Assembly: GCA_009780765.1 (NCBI GenBank)
Contig: WQZK01000001.1
Span: 7,246-71,245 of the forward strand
Length of the DNA stretch: 64,000 bases
DNA from: Defluviitaleaceae bacterium
GTDB taxonomy: Bacteria; Bacillota; Clostridia; Lachnospirales; UBA5962
Reading direction: 5' to 3'
Below the pieces are notes generated by a model. That model saw only the letters and a program-made list of their open reading frames with translations, did not search any database and had not been told where the DNA came from. The position numbers and the translations under genes were made by a program. This document shows positions 8,680 to 19,297 of the stretch, one piece after another. The first letter of the stretch is position 1. Each line of letters begins with the position of its first letter.

Positions 8680-10335
8680 TTATAGAATTTGTGATAAAAA
8701 CATTTTTAATTTTTCGAATATTTTTTTGTTTTCTTCTATTGTAGCTGCGGCGGTTAGATAGGCTTTTATAAGAGGTTCGGTACCGGAGGGGCGAATTATT
8801 AGCTGTGAATCGTCGGCTAAATCAAATGATATTACATCGGCTTTTGGTAGAGGAAATTCGGTTTGAGTTAAGTAATCTATTGTTTTATTTACTTTAACTC
8901 CGCTAATCTCAAGTGGTAAATTTGCTCTTAAATTTTTTAATAACTCTTGCATTTTAGTATTTCCGCTAGCACCTTCAAAGGTATAGGTTAGTAATTGATG
9001 CTGATAGAAGCCAAATTCATCATAAATTTCGTTGATTTTATCAATTAGCGTTTTGCCTTGTTTTTTATAGTAAGCAGTCATCTCGCTAGCTAGCATACTG
9101 GCTATAACGGCATCTTTATCTCGTACATAAGTGCCTGCTAAGTAGCCATAGCTTTCTTCAAAGCCAAATATAAATCTACTTTCTTGTTTTAAATCCTCTA
9201 AAGTTTTAATATATTCGCCGATATACTTAAAACCGGTCAAAACATTAACTACGCTAGCACCATGTTTATTAGCGATTTTATGCGCTAGCGGGGTAGATAC
9301 GATTGTTTTAACAAGCACAGGATTATCAGGCAGAATACCTAACTCTCTTCGTTTAGTAAATATATAATTTGCAATTAAAACTCCCATTTCATTGCCTGTC
9401 AATAGTAATATTTCACCTTTGTGGTTGACTGCAACACCCATTCTATCAGCATCGGGGTCGGTAGCGATAAGAATATCTGCTCCTGTTTCTTTTAATAACT
9501 CAATCCCCAATGCAAGTGCTTCGGGCTTTTCAGGATTAGGATAAGGGCAAGTAGGGAAGTTGCCGTCGGGGTTAGCTTGCTCGGCAACCAAATGCAATTT
9601 TACTGAATGTAATGTAAGTAACTGAGGAATTATACGGTAACCGGCACCGTTAAGAGGCGAGTATATAACCTCTAACCCATCTGCAGTATCTAAACTATAA
9701 CTCATAACTTTTTCAATATACTCACCCTCTAGGCTATCATCGATAATGCTTATCAAACCTTTTGATAAATAGCTTTCAAAAGTGTCCATTTTTATAGCAA
9801 ATGGATCAATTTTTTCTATAAATGATAAAATTTCGTTGGCTTGATTATCGGTTACTTGACAACCATTATTATCATACACTTTGTAACCGTTATACTTAGC
9901 GGGATTATGGCTGGCAGTAACCATAATGCCCATATCGCATTTTAACTCTCGCACCATAAATGATAGATGAGGAGTAGGGGCAAGAGTAGGAGATATGTAT
10001 GCTTTAATGCCATTAGATGCTAAAACACAAGCGGTAACTTTGCTAAACTCATCGCTTTTATTTCTGCTGTCGTAGCTAATAGCAACGGATTTTAAGTTTT
10101 TGCGTAGCATATAATCAGCAACACCTTGCGTGGCTTTTGCGATAGTATAAATATTTAAGCAGTTTGTGCCAACACTAATTTCACCTCTAAGTCCACCTGT
10201 GCCAAAAATCAAATCCTTATAAAAAGCATTTTCAATGGCATTTTGATTGTTTCTAATAGCTTCTAGCTCTTGTTTTAGTGCCTTATCTGTTACCTTTTCA
10301 AGCCATAATTCATAATTTTTAATTGCTGTTGTCAT
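8680..10335 (-). CDS. Phosphoglucomutase/phosphomannomutase family protein
   Basis: Phosphoserine loop 'TASHNPAKYNGYKVY', Mg loop 'ATDPDADRMG', and 'GFEESYGY'. 551 aa. Confidence 0.92.
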   Translation of the reverse strand: MTTAIKNYELWLEKVTDKALKQELEAIRNNQNAIENAFYKDLIFGTGGLRGEISVGTNCLNIYTIAKATQGVADYMLRKNLKSVAISYDSRNKSDEFSKVTACVLASNGIKAYISPTLAPTPHLSFMVRELKCDMGIMVTASHNPAKYNGYKVYDNNGCQVTDNQANEILSFIEKIDPFAIKMDTFESYLSKGLISIIDDSLEGEYIEKVMSYSLDTADGLEVIYSPLNGAGYRIIPQLLTLHSVKLHLVAEQANPDGNFPTCPYPNPEKPEALALGIELLKETGADILIATDPDADRMGVAVNHKGEILLLTGNEMGVLIANYIFTKRRELGILPDNPVLVKTIVSTPLAHKIANKHGASVVNVLTGFKYIGEYIKTLEDLKQESRFIFGFEESYGYLAGTYVRDKDAVIASMLASEMTAYYKKQGKTLIDKINEIYDEFGFYQHQLLTYTFEGASGNTKMQELLKNLRANLPLEISGVKVNKTIDYLTQTEFPLPKADVISFDLADDSQLIIRPSGTEPLIKAYLTAAATIEENKKIFEKLKMFLSQIL

Positions 10336-10368
10336 AATAAAAAATTCCTAAAAGTATGATGTATTTTT

Positions 10369-10398
10369 AGTATACCATTACATAGATATAGTGTCAAA
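10369..10398 (-). promoter_or_regulatory. Candidate promoter of the pgm-leuS-ruvX-ogg operon
   Basis: On the minus strand: TTGACA (10398-10393), an 18-nt spacer, then TATACT (10374-10369). Confidence 0.5.
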
Positions 10399-10427
10399 TG
10401 ATGTTTTATAAAAAACAAAAATAATAG

Positions 10428-10456
10428 TTTACAATACTTGTGATGTTGCATATACT
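10428..10456 (+). promoter_or_regulatory. Candidate promoter of a short leader transcript upstream of rtcB
   Basis: TTTACA (10428-10433), a 17-nt spacer, then TATACT (10451-10456). Confidence 0.5.
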
Positions 10457-10489
10457 ATAGAGGACTTTCGCCTTAGGAGGGTTACAATT

Positions 10490-10528
10490 ATGAGTGAAAT
10501 AAAAAAAGGAAAATCAAATATAGATTAG
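10490..10528 (+). CDS. 12-codon micro-ORF (MSEIKKGKSNID), possible leader peptide
   Basis: A strong SD (AGGAGGG, 10474-10480) lies 9 nt upstream of the ATG. The ORF sits between a promoter-like element and an intrinsic terminator. It contains an A-rich run (ATA AAA AAA GGA AAA). Confidence 0.3.
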   Translation: MSEIKKGKSNID

Positions 10529-10562
10529 CGGAAAAGACCTACTAAGGAACATTGTAATAATG

Positions 10563-10592
10563 AGCCACGGTTTTTCTTGCCGTGGCTTTTTT
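10563..10592 (+). terminator. Intrinsic terminator
   Basis: AGCCACGG / CCGTGGCT stem with a 9-nt loop, followed by a T-run. Confidence 0.7.
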
Positions 10593-10637
10593 AGTTGTGC
10601 TGGTATAAAATTATTACCAAAAGTACAGGATTTTTAA

Positions 10638-10678
10638 ACCTCCAAAAAAGCCATATTTTTAGGCATGGAGGTATTTTT
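10638..10678 (+). terminator. Second terminator-like hairpin upstream of rtcB
   Basis: ACCTCCA...TGGAGGT stem, with inner GCC/GGC pairs, followed by ATTTTT. Confidence 0.45.
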
Positions 10679-10763
10679 AATATTATTCTTATTTCCTAAT
10701 CTAAAGTGAATAGGAAGCAGACTTAATAAGGAAAAATAAATAAATTAAAAACAAAATAAATAT

Positions 10764-11849
10764 ATGAATACAATAAATAAAAATAAATTAACAATAATTA
10801 CAGATAACAAAAATTGGATGGAGGGTAACGCTATAAATCAAGCTAAAGATGTAGCTAAACTAGACGGCGTTGTAGAGGCTTTTGCTATGCCTGACCTTCA
10901 TGCAGGTAAAACACCCGTAGGAATTACGGTTATAACAGAGGGCATTATTTATCCTCATTTAATCGGTACAGACATTGGATGCGGTATGAGTACCTATTCT
11001 ACAGATATAGAAGTATCCAAGCTAAAAACAGATAAGTGGGTTAAAAAACTTAATACCATTAAAACTTTGTCTGCCGTACCTAACGAGAACTATTACCCAG
11101 ATTGCCCTATACCAGACTTTGGAAGTTTGGGTGCCGGTAATCACTTTGCTGAATTTCAAGTTGTGCATAAAGTGTACGATAAAGACGCTTTAGAAGAGTT
11201 GGGAGTTTCAATAAAAGAATTACTAATAACGGCACACAGCGGTAGCAGAAGTTATGGGGCTAAAATTTTACAAAACTATAATAGTTATAATGGTTATAAG
11301 GCAGACCGTGAAGAAGCAAAAGAATATATGGCTGTTCACAACGATGCTTTAAAGTGGTCATCACTTAATCGTGATGAAGCAGTAGAAAAAATCATTGCTT
11401 ATTTAGGTTTTCAAAAAAAACCTGTCAAAAGGCTAGAGAGTTTTCATAATTACCTAGAGGAGACTGGTGGCAAGTTTTATCATCGTAAGGGAAGTGTGTC
11501 ATCAAATCATAATGCGGTTTTTATCGCAGGAAGTAGGGGTACGCTTAGTTATATTGTGCGTCCAACGACAAAGTGTGCCGAATACGGCTATTCGCTAGCG
11601 CATGGTTCGGGTCGCAAATGGGCTAGAAGTATGTGCAAAGGCAGAGTTTGGAACAAATATGATAAGTGCAGTATTGATATAAAATTCAATAAATATCAAG
11701 GGCAGTTAGTTTGCCATGATTATGATTTGCTTTTTGAAGAAGCTCCAGAAGCGTATAAAAATATTGAGAATATCATAGCAATCTTACTTGAATATGAAAT
11801 GGTAGAGTTAATTGCTAGTGTAAAGCCTGTTTTAACGGTAAAGGCATAG
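10764..11849 (+). CDS. rtcB: RtcB-family RNA ligase, short release-factor-H-coupled type
   Basis: 'AMPDLHAGK', 'DIGCGM', 'GAGNHFAEFQ' and 'HGSGR' metal/GMP-His motifs. It is 361 aa (shorter than canonical RtcB) and shares an operon with prfH. Confidence 0.88.
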   Translation: MNTINKNKLTIITDNKNWMEGNAINQAKDVAKLDGVVEAFAMPDLHAGKTPVGITVITEGIIYPHLIGTDIGCGMSTYSTDIEVSKLKTDKWVKKLNTIKTLSAVPNENYYPDCPIPDFGSLGAGNHFAEFQVVHKVYDKDALEELGVSIKELLITAHSGSRSYGAKILQNYNSYNGYKADREEAKEYMAVHNDALKWSSLNRDEAVEKIIAYLGFQKKPVKRLESFHNYLEETGGKFYHRKGSVSSNHNAVFIAGSRGTLSYIVRPTTKCAEYGYSLAHGSGRKWARSMCKGRVWNKYDKCSIDIKFNKYQGQLVCHDYDLLFEEAPEAYKNIENIIAILLEYEMVELIASVKPVLTVKA

Positions 11850-11860
11850 GAGATGGATTT

Positions 11861-12400
11861 ATGAGTAAAATATGGTCAAAAACAAGAAAGCATTTAAAAA
11901 GTATGCTGTGCATTGAGTTAAGAGACAGGTTAGATTATCATTATATAGCATATGGGTCAGATAGTCATGAAGGATGTTATAGAGTGGCAGTTTTTTTAGA
12001 TGGAAAAGAATTGCATAATAAAATCAGCATAACTTGCTGTCATTTTTATCGTACTGTTTCTAGCATAGCAGAAAATATAGATGAAAAAGATGTGAAAGAA
12101 AAATCTCAAGTTTCATATTGGAGGTTGAAGGATGAAATTAAAGAAAAAGCCGAAAAAAAGGCAAATGAAAGAGGAAGGTTTGGGTTGCTAGATTTTAGAG
12201 TGGCTTATGAACTTTTTTCAACATTAAAAATTGAAGAATGTATAAAGCATGAAAGCTTACTATTAAGGTTTTTAGCTATCGTTGATAGAAGGGTAGGCAA
12301 AAGAACTCTTAATAGGCTTAACGAGAGCGTTAAGAGTTGGCCTAAATGGCTACAATATTTTTATTCCCTTAGAGTTGGAGTAAAGGAGGAAAAAACATAA
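11861..12400 (+). CDS. Conserved-looking hypothetical protein inserted between rtcB and prfH
   Basis: AGGAG RBS. The stop overlaps the prfH ATG (TAATG). 'W.K.RK.L.S.LC..L..R..' at the N-terminus and 'DRRVGKRTL' near the C-terminus recall, from memory and unverified, the 'SF0329 family' of unknown function. Confidence 0.6.
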   Translation: MSKIWSKTRKHLKSMLCIELRDRLDYHYIAYGSDSHEGCYRVAVFLDGKELHNKISITCCHFYRTVSSIAENIDEKDVKEKSQVSYWRLKDEIKEKAEKKANERGRFGLLDFRVAYELFSTLKIEECIKHESLLLRFLAIVDRRVGKRTLNRLNESVKSWPKWLQYFYSLRVGVKEEKT

Positions 12401-12996
12401 TGTTAATACAAATTACTTCGGGTAGAGGTCCAAATGAGTGCGAACTTGCGGTGGGATTGTTTTTATCAAGCCTAAAAAGTGAACTTGGCGAATTAGAAAT
12501 TTTAGCGGAAGAAAAAGGGCGATACAATGGCACCTTTAAGTCTATTTTAGTCAAAATTAGCGAAAATACAAGCCTTTGTGGCACAATTCAGTGTGTTTTT
12601 AAAAGTCCGTATCGCCCTAACCATAAACGCAAAAATTGGTTTATCGGGATTAAGCAAATTGACGAACCTAACGGTAGTATATATGAAACTGCCGTTGGCG
12701 GTATTGTTTATCAAACCTACCGTAGCGGTGGCAAAGGTGGTCAGCATATAAATAAAACAGAATCTGCTGTTAGAGCAATTCATACTGCTACTGGGCTATC
12801 GGCTATATCACAAGACGAGCGCTCGCAACATCTTAATAAAAAAATCGCATTAGAGCGGTTGCAAAAAATGCTTACTGGAATAAAAGATGAAATAGATTTA
12901 TTTTCTCAGCACGAACTTAATCATAACCATAATTTGTTGGCGCGTGGAAATCCTATCAGGATTTACGAAGGCACAGCATTTAAGAGAACTTTTTAA
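12400..12996 (+). CDS. prfH: Peptide chain release factor H
   Basis: '[20 protein letters not shown]' GGQ motif. It is about 200 aa and lacks RF domain 1. It begins '[17 protein letters not shown]', as PrfH proteins do. Confidence 0.88.
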   Translation: MLIQITSGRGPNECELAVGLFLSSLKSELGELEILAEEKGRYNGTFKSILVKISENTSLCGTIQCVFKSPYRPNHKRKNWFIGIKQIDEPNGSIYETAVGGIVYQTYRSGGKGGQHINKTESAVRAIHTATGLSAISQDERSQHLNKKIALERLQKMLTGIKDEIDLFSQHELNHNHNLLARGNPIRIYEGTAFKRTF

Positions 12997-13023
12997 GATT
13001 GTTAAATATGCGTGTATCAAAAT

Positions 13024-13065
13024 AAAAACACTGTCGTGAGTTTGTGATGTGGCAGTGTTTTTTTT
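13024..13065 (+). terminator. Intrinsic terminator after prfH
   Basis: AAAAACACTG ... CAGTGTTTTT stem followed by a T-run. Confidence 0.7.
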
Positions 13066-13113
13066 ATATAAATAGTGCTTTGAGAAATTCACTTTTATTA
13101 GTATACTGTAACT

Positions 13114-13929
13114 ATGTTCGCTAGCGAAAAAATAAGGCCGAGTGTTAAGAGTTACATTTGGGGAAAAGAAATTTGGTATGAGGTTGAGGGAGCATTGCCG
13201 ATTTTGATTAAAAAAATTGAAGCGAAAGAAAAGACTAGTGTTCAAGTGCACCCGAATGACAGATATGCTTTTAAGTATGAAAACGGAGCATTAGGTAAAA
13301 GTGAGGTTTGGATAATTACAAAGGCGGACGAGAATGCAGGTGTTTATTATGGACTTAAGCAAAGTTACGAAAAGGAAGAGATTTTAGAGCATATTGAGAA
13401 CGGCACTTTAGAAAATATATTAAAATTTTATACGGTTAAAGCTGGTGATGTTTTTTACATAAAAGCGGGAGTTATACACGCAATGGGGGCTGGAATTGAG
13501 TTTTTAGAGGTGCAACAAAATTCAAACATTACATATAGGATGTATGACTATAATAGAGTAGAAGCAGATGGTAAAGGTAGAGAACTGCATACAAAAAAAG
13601 CGTTAGATGTTTTGTTTTGTCATTATGTAGATGAGCCTACAAAGCAAAATTTAGTTGATATTTCGGATAAAACAAAGTCAAGAATCGTTTGTTTAGAAGA
13701 AGAGTTTATAGTTAAAGAATATGTAACAGAAGAAGAGTTAGAAATGTATTTAGACGATGCTCCGTTTGTAATAGTTAATTTTTTGTTAGGCAGTGGTGAG
13801 ATTTTTTTTGGAGGGGAATGGCAAAAATTTAATGAGGGTGATGCGTTTTGTGTTTCAAGCAAAGAAATCAGCTACAAAATTAATCCCAAAGAGAAATCCC
13901 ATATTGTTGTTAGTAAACAAAATAATTAA
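13114..13929 (+). CDS. manA: Class I mannose-6-phosphate isomerase (cupin)
   Basis: 'YIWGKE', 'SVQVHPND', 'KSEVWII' and 'AGVIHAMGAGIEFLEVQQNSNITYRMYDY' Zn-ligand motifs. Confidence 0.85.
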   Translation: MFASEKIRPSVKSYIWGKEIWYEVEGALPILIKKIEAKEKTSVQVHPNDRYAFKYENGALGKSEVWIITKADENAGVYYGLKQSYEKEEILEHIENGTLENILKFYTVKAGDVFYIKAGVIHAMGAGIEFLEVQQNSNITYRMYDYNRVEADGKGRELHTKKALDVLFCHYVDEPTKQNLVDISDKTKSRIVCLEEEFIVKEYVTEEELEMYLDDAPFVIVNFLLGSGEIFFGGEWQKFNEGDAFCVSSKEISYKINPKEKSHIVVSKQNN

Positions 13930-14010
13930 CCTTGAAAAAACTTTGATAAAGATTGTCTAGGTTGATTTTTTCAGTAGTTTTTTAGCGAAGTAATTTCAGA
14001 TAGTAAAAAA

Positions 14011-14994
14011 ATGAAAATTCTTATTTTAGCAGGCGGTGGCGGAACTAGATTGTTTCCGTTATCAACGCCAAATCGTCCAAAACAGTTTCTGCCACTAGCA
14101 GACAGCGAACCGCTTATTATAAACACGATAAAGCGTTTTTTGGGCATATGCAAACCAAGCGATATTGTTATCTTAACAGGCGAAAAATTCAAAGAGCAAA
14201 CACTCAATATATTGAGCGAATACGGATTGGATGAGGTTAATACGGTTTTTGAACCGTGTGCTAAAAATACCGCTCCTGCCATTATATTAGGAGTTAGTTT
14301 TTGTCGAGATGAATTAAAAATTGATAAAAGCGAGCCAATGTTTGTAGTGCCTAGCGACCAAGTTATTCGCCCGCTAGAAACTTATCTAAAAAGTGTTTCT
14401 GTAGCTCAAAACGCTTCTAAAGAGGGTAAAATTTCAGTTTTAGGCATAAAACCAACAAGACCCGATACAGGCTACGGTTATATTGAGATAGATGGCGAGG
14501 ACAATAACGAACTTAAAAAAGTTGTAGCCTTTAAGGAAAAACCAAATTTAGAAACTGCTAAAAAATTTGTAAAATCAGGCGACTATCTTTGGAATGCGGG
14601 CATGTTTGCGTTTAGTTTATTGGGATTAAAAGCCGAGCTAGCAAAACATGCTCCCGAGCTGCTTAATTTCTTAAATTATCCATACAAAACCGCTTTAACC
14701 GAATTTTCTAATCAAATTGCAATAAGTATCGACTATGCACTCGCCGAAAAATCCAACAATATGTTTGTAGTGCCTTGCGGAGTAGATTGGAGCGATATAG
14801 GTAGTTTTGATGCCTATTATGATTTTTGCAAAAAAGATGAAAACGGCAATGTAATAATAGGCAAAGTAGAAGCAAGCGATTGCAAAAACTGTCTAATTTA
14901 TTCCGATGACAGCCTCTTAAAAATAACTTCCCAACAAAACAAAATAGTAGTTAGTAGCAACAGTAATACTATTATGTTAAATCGCTTGCTCTAA
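14011..14994 (+). CDS. manC: Mannose-1-phosphate guanylyltransferase (no fused PMI domain)
   Basis: 'MKILILAGGGGTRLFPLS' nucleotidyltransferase loop and 'GYGYIE'. 327 aa. Confidence 0.85.
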   Translation: MKILILAGGGGTRLFPLSTPNRPKQFLPLADSEPLIINTIKRFLGICKPSDIVILTGEKFKEQTLNILSEYGLDEVNTVFEPCAKNTAPAIILGVSFCRDELKIDKSEPMFVVPSDQVIRPLETYLKSVSVAQNASKEGKISVLGIKPTRPDTGYGYIEIDGEDNNELKKVVAFKEKPNLETAKKFVKSGDYLWNAGMFAFSLLGLKAELAKHAPELLNFLNYPYKTALTEFSNQIAISIDYALAEKSNNMFVVPCGVDWSDIGSFDAYYDFCKKDENGNVIIGKVEASDCKNCLIYSDDSLLKITSQQNKIVVSSNSNTIMLNRLL

Positions 14995-15041
14995 AGTTAT
15001 ATTTTCATTATACTGAATTTCGGGGGTAAGAAAGGATAGGT

Positions 15042-16085
15042 ATGGCAAAAAAGGCTTTAATTACAGGCATAACGGGGCAAGATGGAAGTTATCTAACGGA
15101 ACTACTTTTATCTAAAGGGTATGAAGTTCACGGCACGATTAGACGAGCTAGTACTTTTAATACGAAACGAATAGACCATCTTTTTGAAGATAAAAATATA
15201 GGTAATAAGTCGCTGTTTTTACATCATAGTGATTTAACAGATTCTAGTAATCTTAATAGGCTTGTAGAAAAAATTTCACCCGACGAGATTTATAACTTGG
15301 GTGCTCAAAGTCATGTTCAGGTGTCTTTTGAAGTGCCGGAATATACTGCGGAAGTTGATGCTATCGGCACTTTGCGGATTTTAGACGCCATAAAAGACAC
15401 TAAAATAAAAACTAAATTTTATCAAGCAAGCACTAGTGAGTTGTTTGGTGGTATGCCTGGAACTAGTCCACAAAGCGAAAAAACACCTTTTTATCCTAGA
15501 AGTCCGTACGGAGTGGCTAAGCTATATGCGTATTGGATTACTGTAAACTATCGTGAAGCATTTGGATTATTTGCATGTAATGGTATTTTATTTAATCATG
15601 AAAGCGAGAGAAGAGGAGAAACCTTTGTTACTCGCAAAATTACCCGTGCGGTCGCAAATATATTAGCCGGCAAGCAAAATAAGCTAGTGCTAGGTAATAT
15701 CGACAGTATTAGAGATTGGGGTCATGCTGAGGATTTTGTTTATGCTCAATGGCTTATGCTTCAACAAAAAGAAGCTAAAGATTATGTAATTGCCACAGGC
15801 GAAACTCATACAGTGCGAGAGTTTGTTGAGAGAAGTTTTGCTATTGCAGGTGTGGATATTATTTGGAAAGATAAGGGAGTAGACGAAAAAGGATTGTGTA
15901 AAAAAACAGGCAATGTGCTAGTTGAAGTTAGTCCAAAATATTTTAGACCCACCGAAGTAGATTTATTGCATGGCGACCCGACTAAAGCCGAAAAAGAGTT
16001 GGGCTGGAAACGCAAAATTAGTTTTGATGAGTTGGTTAAAAGAATGGTTGTTAGTGATTGTAGAGAATTGGGAATAAAATTATAA
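15042..16085 (+). CDS. gmd: GDP-mannose 4,6-dehydratase
   Basis: '[19 protein letters not shown]', 'QASTSELFG', '[12 protein letters not shown]' (YxxxK), 'NHESERRG'. Confidence 0.96.
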   Translation: MAKKALITGITGQDGSYLTELLLSKGYEVHGTIRRASTFNTKRIDHLFEDKNIGNKSLFLHHSDLTDSSNLNRLVEKISPDEIYNLGAQSHVQVSFEVPEYTAEVDAIGTLRILDAIKDTKIKTKFYQASTSELFGGMPGTSPQSEKTPFYPRSPYGVAKLYAYWITVNYREAFGLFACNGILFNHESERRGETFVTRKITRAVANILAGKQNKLVLGNIDSIRDWGHAEDFVYAQWLMLQQKEAKDYVIATGETHTVREFVERSFAIAGVDIIWKDKGVDEKGLCKKTGNVLVEVSPKYFRPTEVDLLHGDPTKAEKELGWKRKISFDELVKRMVVSDCRELGIKL

Positions 16086-16164
16086 AATGATTATAGGATA
16101 ATTTAGTTTAAACTGAAGCTAAAATACTTTAGCTAACTTAACAACATAAAAGTAACTGGTTACA

Positions 16165-17097
16165 ATGAAAAAGAATTCTAAAATTTTAATATGCGGTTAT
16201 CGTGGTATGGTTGGTGGGGCGATTGTTCGCCATTTGCAAGCAAATGGCTATATAAACCTATTGCTTGCCGATATTGCCGAACTTGATATGACTAATCAGT
16301 TGGCAGTCGAACAATATTTTGTTATTCATAAACCCGAATATGTTTTTTTGGCATCTGCTAAGGTTGGCGGAATTGTAGCAAATAGTACATATCCTGCTGA
16401 TTTTATCCGTATAAATCTACAAATCCAAACTAATATAATAGATGCCAGCTATAAAAACAATATTAAAAAACTTCTTTTTTTAGGTTCATCCTGCATATAT
16501 CCCCGTGATTGTCCTCAACCCATTAAAGAAGAATATCTTTTAACAGGCAGCTTAGAAAAAACTAACGAGGCATATGCTCTTGCCAAAATCGCAGGACTTA
16601 AAATGTGCGAATATTACAATATACAATACGACACTGACTATATTAGCTGTATGCCTACTAATCTTTACGGTGTAGGCGATAACTACGATTTAAATAATTC
16701 TCATGTATTACCGGCTCTCATTGCCAAGATACATAAAGCAAAAGAAAACAACGATAAAGAATATGTTGTATGGGGTACAGGCAGAGTGCGTCGGGAGTTT
16801 TTATTTGTAGATGATTTAGCAACCGCTTGTGTGTTTTTAATGAATAACTATAGAGGAAATCAAACAACAAACATCGGCACAGGTGAAGATATTACAATAG
16901 CAGAGTTAGCCGAAACTGTGGCTGAGGTGCTAGAATATAAGGGTAATATTGTGTATGACACTACAAAACCAGACGGCACACCAAGAAAATTACTAGATAT
17001 ATCAAAAATCCATAGCTTAGGTTGGAGTGCAAAAACATCATTAAAAGAGGGGATTACTTTAGCATATAAGGATTTTTTAGCGAGGTATATTAAGTGA
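16165..17097 (+). CDS. fcl: GDP-L-fucose synthase (GDP-4-keto-6-deoxymannose 3,5-epimerase/4-reductase)
   Basis: '[14 protein letters not shown]', 'GSSCIYP', 'YALAKIAG', 'PTNLYG'. It lies immediately downstream of gmd. Confidence 0.93.
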   Translation: MKKNSKILICGYRGMVGGAIVRHLQANGYINLLLADIAELDMTNQLAVEQYFVIHKPEYVFLASAKVGGIVANSTYPADFIRINLQIQTNIIDASYKNNIKKLLFLGSSCIYPRDCPQPIKEEYLLTGSLEKTNEAYALAKIAGLKMCEYYNIQYDTDYISCMPTNLYGVGDNYDLNNSHVLPALIAKIHKAKENNDKEYVVWGTGRVRREFLFVDDLATACVFLMNNYRGNQTTNIGTGEDITIAELAETVAEVLEYKGNIVYDTTKPDGTPRKLLDISKIHSLGWSAKTSLKEGITLAYKDFLARYIK

Positions 17098-18158
17098 AAA
17101 AAAAAGTTTATATAGACACTATAATATTTGATTTGCAAAAAGCCGGCGGTATTTCTCTCTATTTTTACGAGGTAATTTCTAGATTTCTTATAGATAACAA
17201 TATTGATTTAACACTTATAGATAGTGGTGATTGTAAAAACAACATATTTTGGTCTAAATTAGATTTGTCGAATATAAAAATTATCACATATAAAAAAAAG
17301 TTTAATCGTTATCGAGTTGTTAATTATATTGAAAACGAAGAGCATATATTTATTTCATCTTATTATCGTTATTCAATAAATAAAAACGCTACAAATATCA
17401 CAATTGTTCACGATTTTACTTATGAGCATTTTTCTAAAGGGTTAAAACTTTTTGTGCATCATAAACAAAAGGCAATCGCTATAAAAAATTCACAAAAAAT
17501 CATTTGTATCTCAGAAAACACAAAAAAAGACTTGCTAAAATTTTGTCCTAAAGAGAGTGAAGAAAAAGAAATAGTAGTTATTTATAACGGTGCTAGCGAT
17601 AAATTTAGAGTTTTAGAAAGTGAAGAATTTAATGAGATTGAAAATAAAAATCAATATTTATTAGAGATAAAAGAACCTTTTGTGTTGTTTGTAGGTGCTA
17701 GAAGTGGATATAAAAACTGGATTGAGGCGATAGAGATTTTTAAGCAATTTCCGCAAAGCTACAACTTTGTAAGTGTTGGTGGCCCTAGCTTATTGGACGA
17801 AGAAAAGATATTATTATCGGGCATAAAGAATAGCCACATATACATTCCTCCTGTAGATGAAGAAGTGCTAGTTTATTTATATAATAAAGCGGTATGCCTT
17901 ATGTATCTATCTAATTATGAAGGATTTGGAATACCGGTAGTAGAAGCACAAAAATGTGGTTGTCATGTTATAGCAAAACCTGTATCATCTATTCCTGAGG
18001 TAGCAGGCGAGGGAACATTGTTATTAGAGGATGATATAAGCATAGAAAAAACATTAACTTTTTTATCTAAAGAATTTAATTATACCCCCATTTTTTCGTG
18101 GGATAAATGCTATAAAGAATTAATCAATGTTTTTGGAGGATATATTTGTACCCGATAG
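17094..18158 (+). CDS. Glycosyltransferase, GT4-like (GT-B fold)
   Basis: C-terminal '[20 protein letters not shown]' E-x7-E region. The start overlaps the fcl stop. Confidence 0.8.
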   Translation: MKKKVYIDTIIFDLQKAGGISLYFYEVISRFLIDNNIDLTLIDSGDCKNNIFWSKLDLSNIKIITYKKKFNRYRVVNYIENEEHIFISSYYRYSINKNATNITIVHDFTYEHFSKGLKLFVHHKQKAIAIKNSQKIICISENTKKDLLKFCPKESEEKEIVVIYNGASDKFRVLESEEFNEIENKNQYLLEIKEPFVLFVGARSGYKNWIEAIEIFKQFPQSYNFVSVGGPSLLDEEKILLSGIKNSHIYIPPVDEEVLVYLYNKAVCLMYLSNYEGFGIPVVEAQKCGCHVIAKPVSSIPEVAGEGTLLLEDDISIEKTLTFLSKEFNYTPIFSWDKCYKELINVFGGYICTR

Positions 18159-19273
18159 TTCCGCTATTTATAATATTCCCATTGCTAATAATGGTACTTG
18201 CTTTTATGGCTAAAGGCAAAGAGAAGGCTCTTAAAATCATTATCTTTTGGGCATTTATTTTTATATTTATTTTTAGCGAAACGGGAGCAGATTTTGAATC
18301 CTATAGACAAATTTATACTGCTGTTCAATCAGGTCGCCCTCTTAATGATATTCACGGAGAGATTGCTTTTTTATTTATAATGCGTATATTTAGTAATTTT
18401 GGCTTTTCATATTACGCTTTTAGAGTAATATTTGTAACTATAGCACTATTTATTTTATTTTATTTTGCAAACAAAATCACACCTAGTCCGCTTTTTACAT
18501 TTTTAATTTTGATGCTAGGTTATATTCTTTATATGACTACTATTTATCGTCAGCTAATGACTATGGCGATGCTATTTGGACTATTTTATTATGTTTTATA
18601 CAAGAAGAATTATATAAAAGCGATGATATGTGCGATTTTAGCAATTTTGTTTCATATATCAGGAGTTATTGGACTAGCATTTATTTTTCTGCATTTATTT
18701 TTTAAGTTATTCAATATCAGAAGTGATGCGGCTAGTAAAAAATATTTTAATGGATTGTCTATGTTTATATTACTAACTTTGGCATTTTGTTTTAGAATAT
18801 TTATTTATTTTTATGGTTCGAGGTTTTTTTATTCTTTTGTAGGATTTTATCCGGAAACAGTTTTATTTTCAGTTGGAGTATTGTCGAGATTAGTACTTTT
18901 ATGTTTAGTAGCTTGGCAAATAAAGCAAGGCAATTTTAGCGAAAAAATAAATATTTTATATTGTTTTTACTTTTTATCGCTATTTGTGTACTTTGCTTTT
19001 CCATTTGAATTGATTATGGGAAGACTTACAAACAATGCTAGAATTTTAGATATAATTTTTATCCCCTTAATTATTGTCGAAGCTATAAAAAACAATAAAG
19101 TGACCGCTAATACTAGAAAGAAACACAAAAGAATATTGCTAAAGCCAAACTACAATAAAACTAGAGCTATTGTAGCTTCTATTGCAATTTTTGGCATTTA
19201 TTGGTCTATGTATATTTATCAAATGCTTATGCAAGGAGGATATTACCCGTTTGTACATTTTATATTTGGCTAA
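18146..19273 (+). CDS. EpsG-family / Wzy-like polysaccharide polymerase (polytopic membrane protein)
   Basis: About 10 predicted TM segments. An N-terminal 'GADFESYRQIY' block resembles EpsG. It sits inside a Wzx/Wzy locus. Confidence 0.7.
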   Translation: MYPIVPLFIIFPLLIMVLAFMAKGKEKALKIIIFWAFIFIFIFSETGADFESYRQIYTAVQSGRPLNDIHGEIAFLFIMRIFSNFGFSYYAFRVIFVTIALFILFYFANKITPSPLFTFLILMLGYILYMTTIYRQLMTMAMLFGLFYYVLYKKNYIKAMICAILAILFHISGVIGLAFIFLHLFFKLFNIRSDAASKKYFNGLSMFILLTLAFCFRIFIYFYGSRFFYSFVGFYPETVLFSVGVLSRLVLLCLVAWQIKQGNFSEKINILYCFYFLSLFVYFAFPFELIMGRLTNNARILDIIFIPLIIVEAIKNNKVTANTRKKHKRILLKPNYNKTRAIVASIAIFGIYWSMYIYQMLMQGGYYPFVHFIFG

Positions 19274-19297
19274 AGTAACATAGGGAATAATTAAAAA

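Noticed and set aside
18198-18380. Same-strand off-frame ORFs inside the polymerase gene (18198-18380) and the flippase gene (24739-25071). Also 29518-29736 inside xseA and 60665-60859 inside the IIG gene.
   Set aside because: They are nested in genes whose main frames give convincing membrane or enzyme proteins. There is no independent translation signal.
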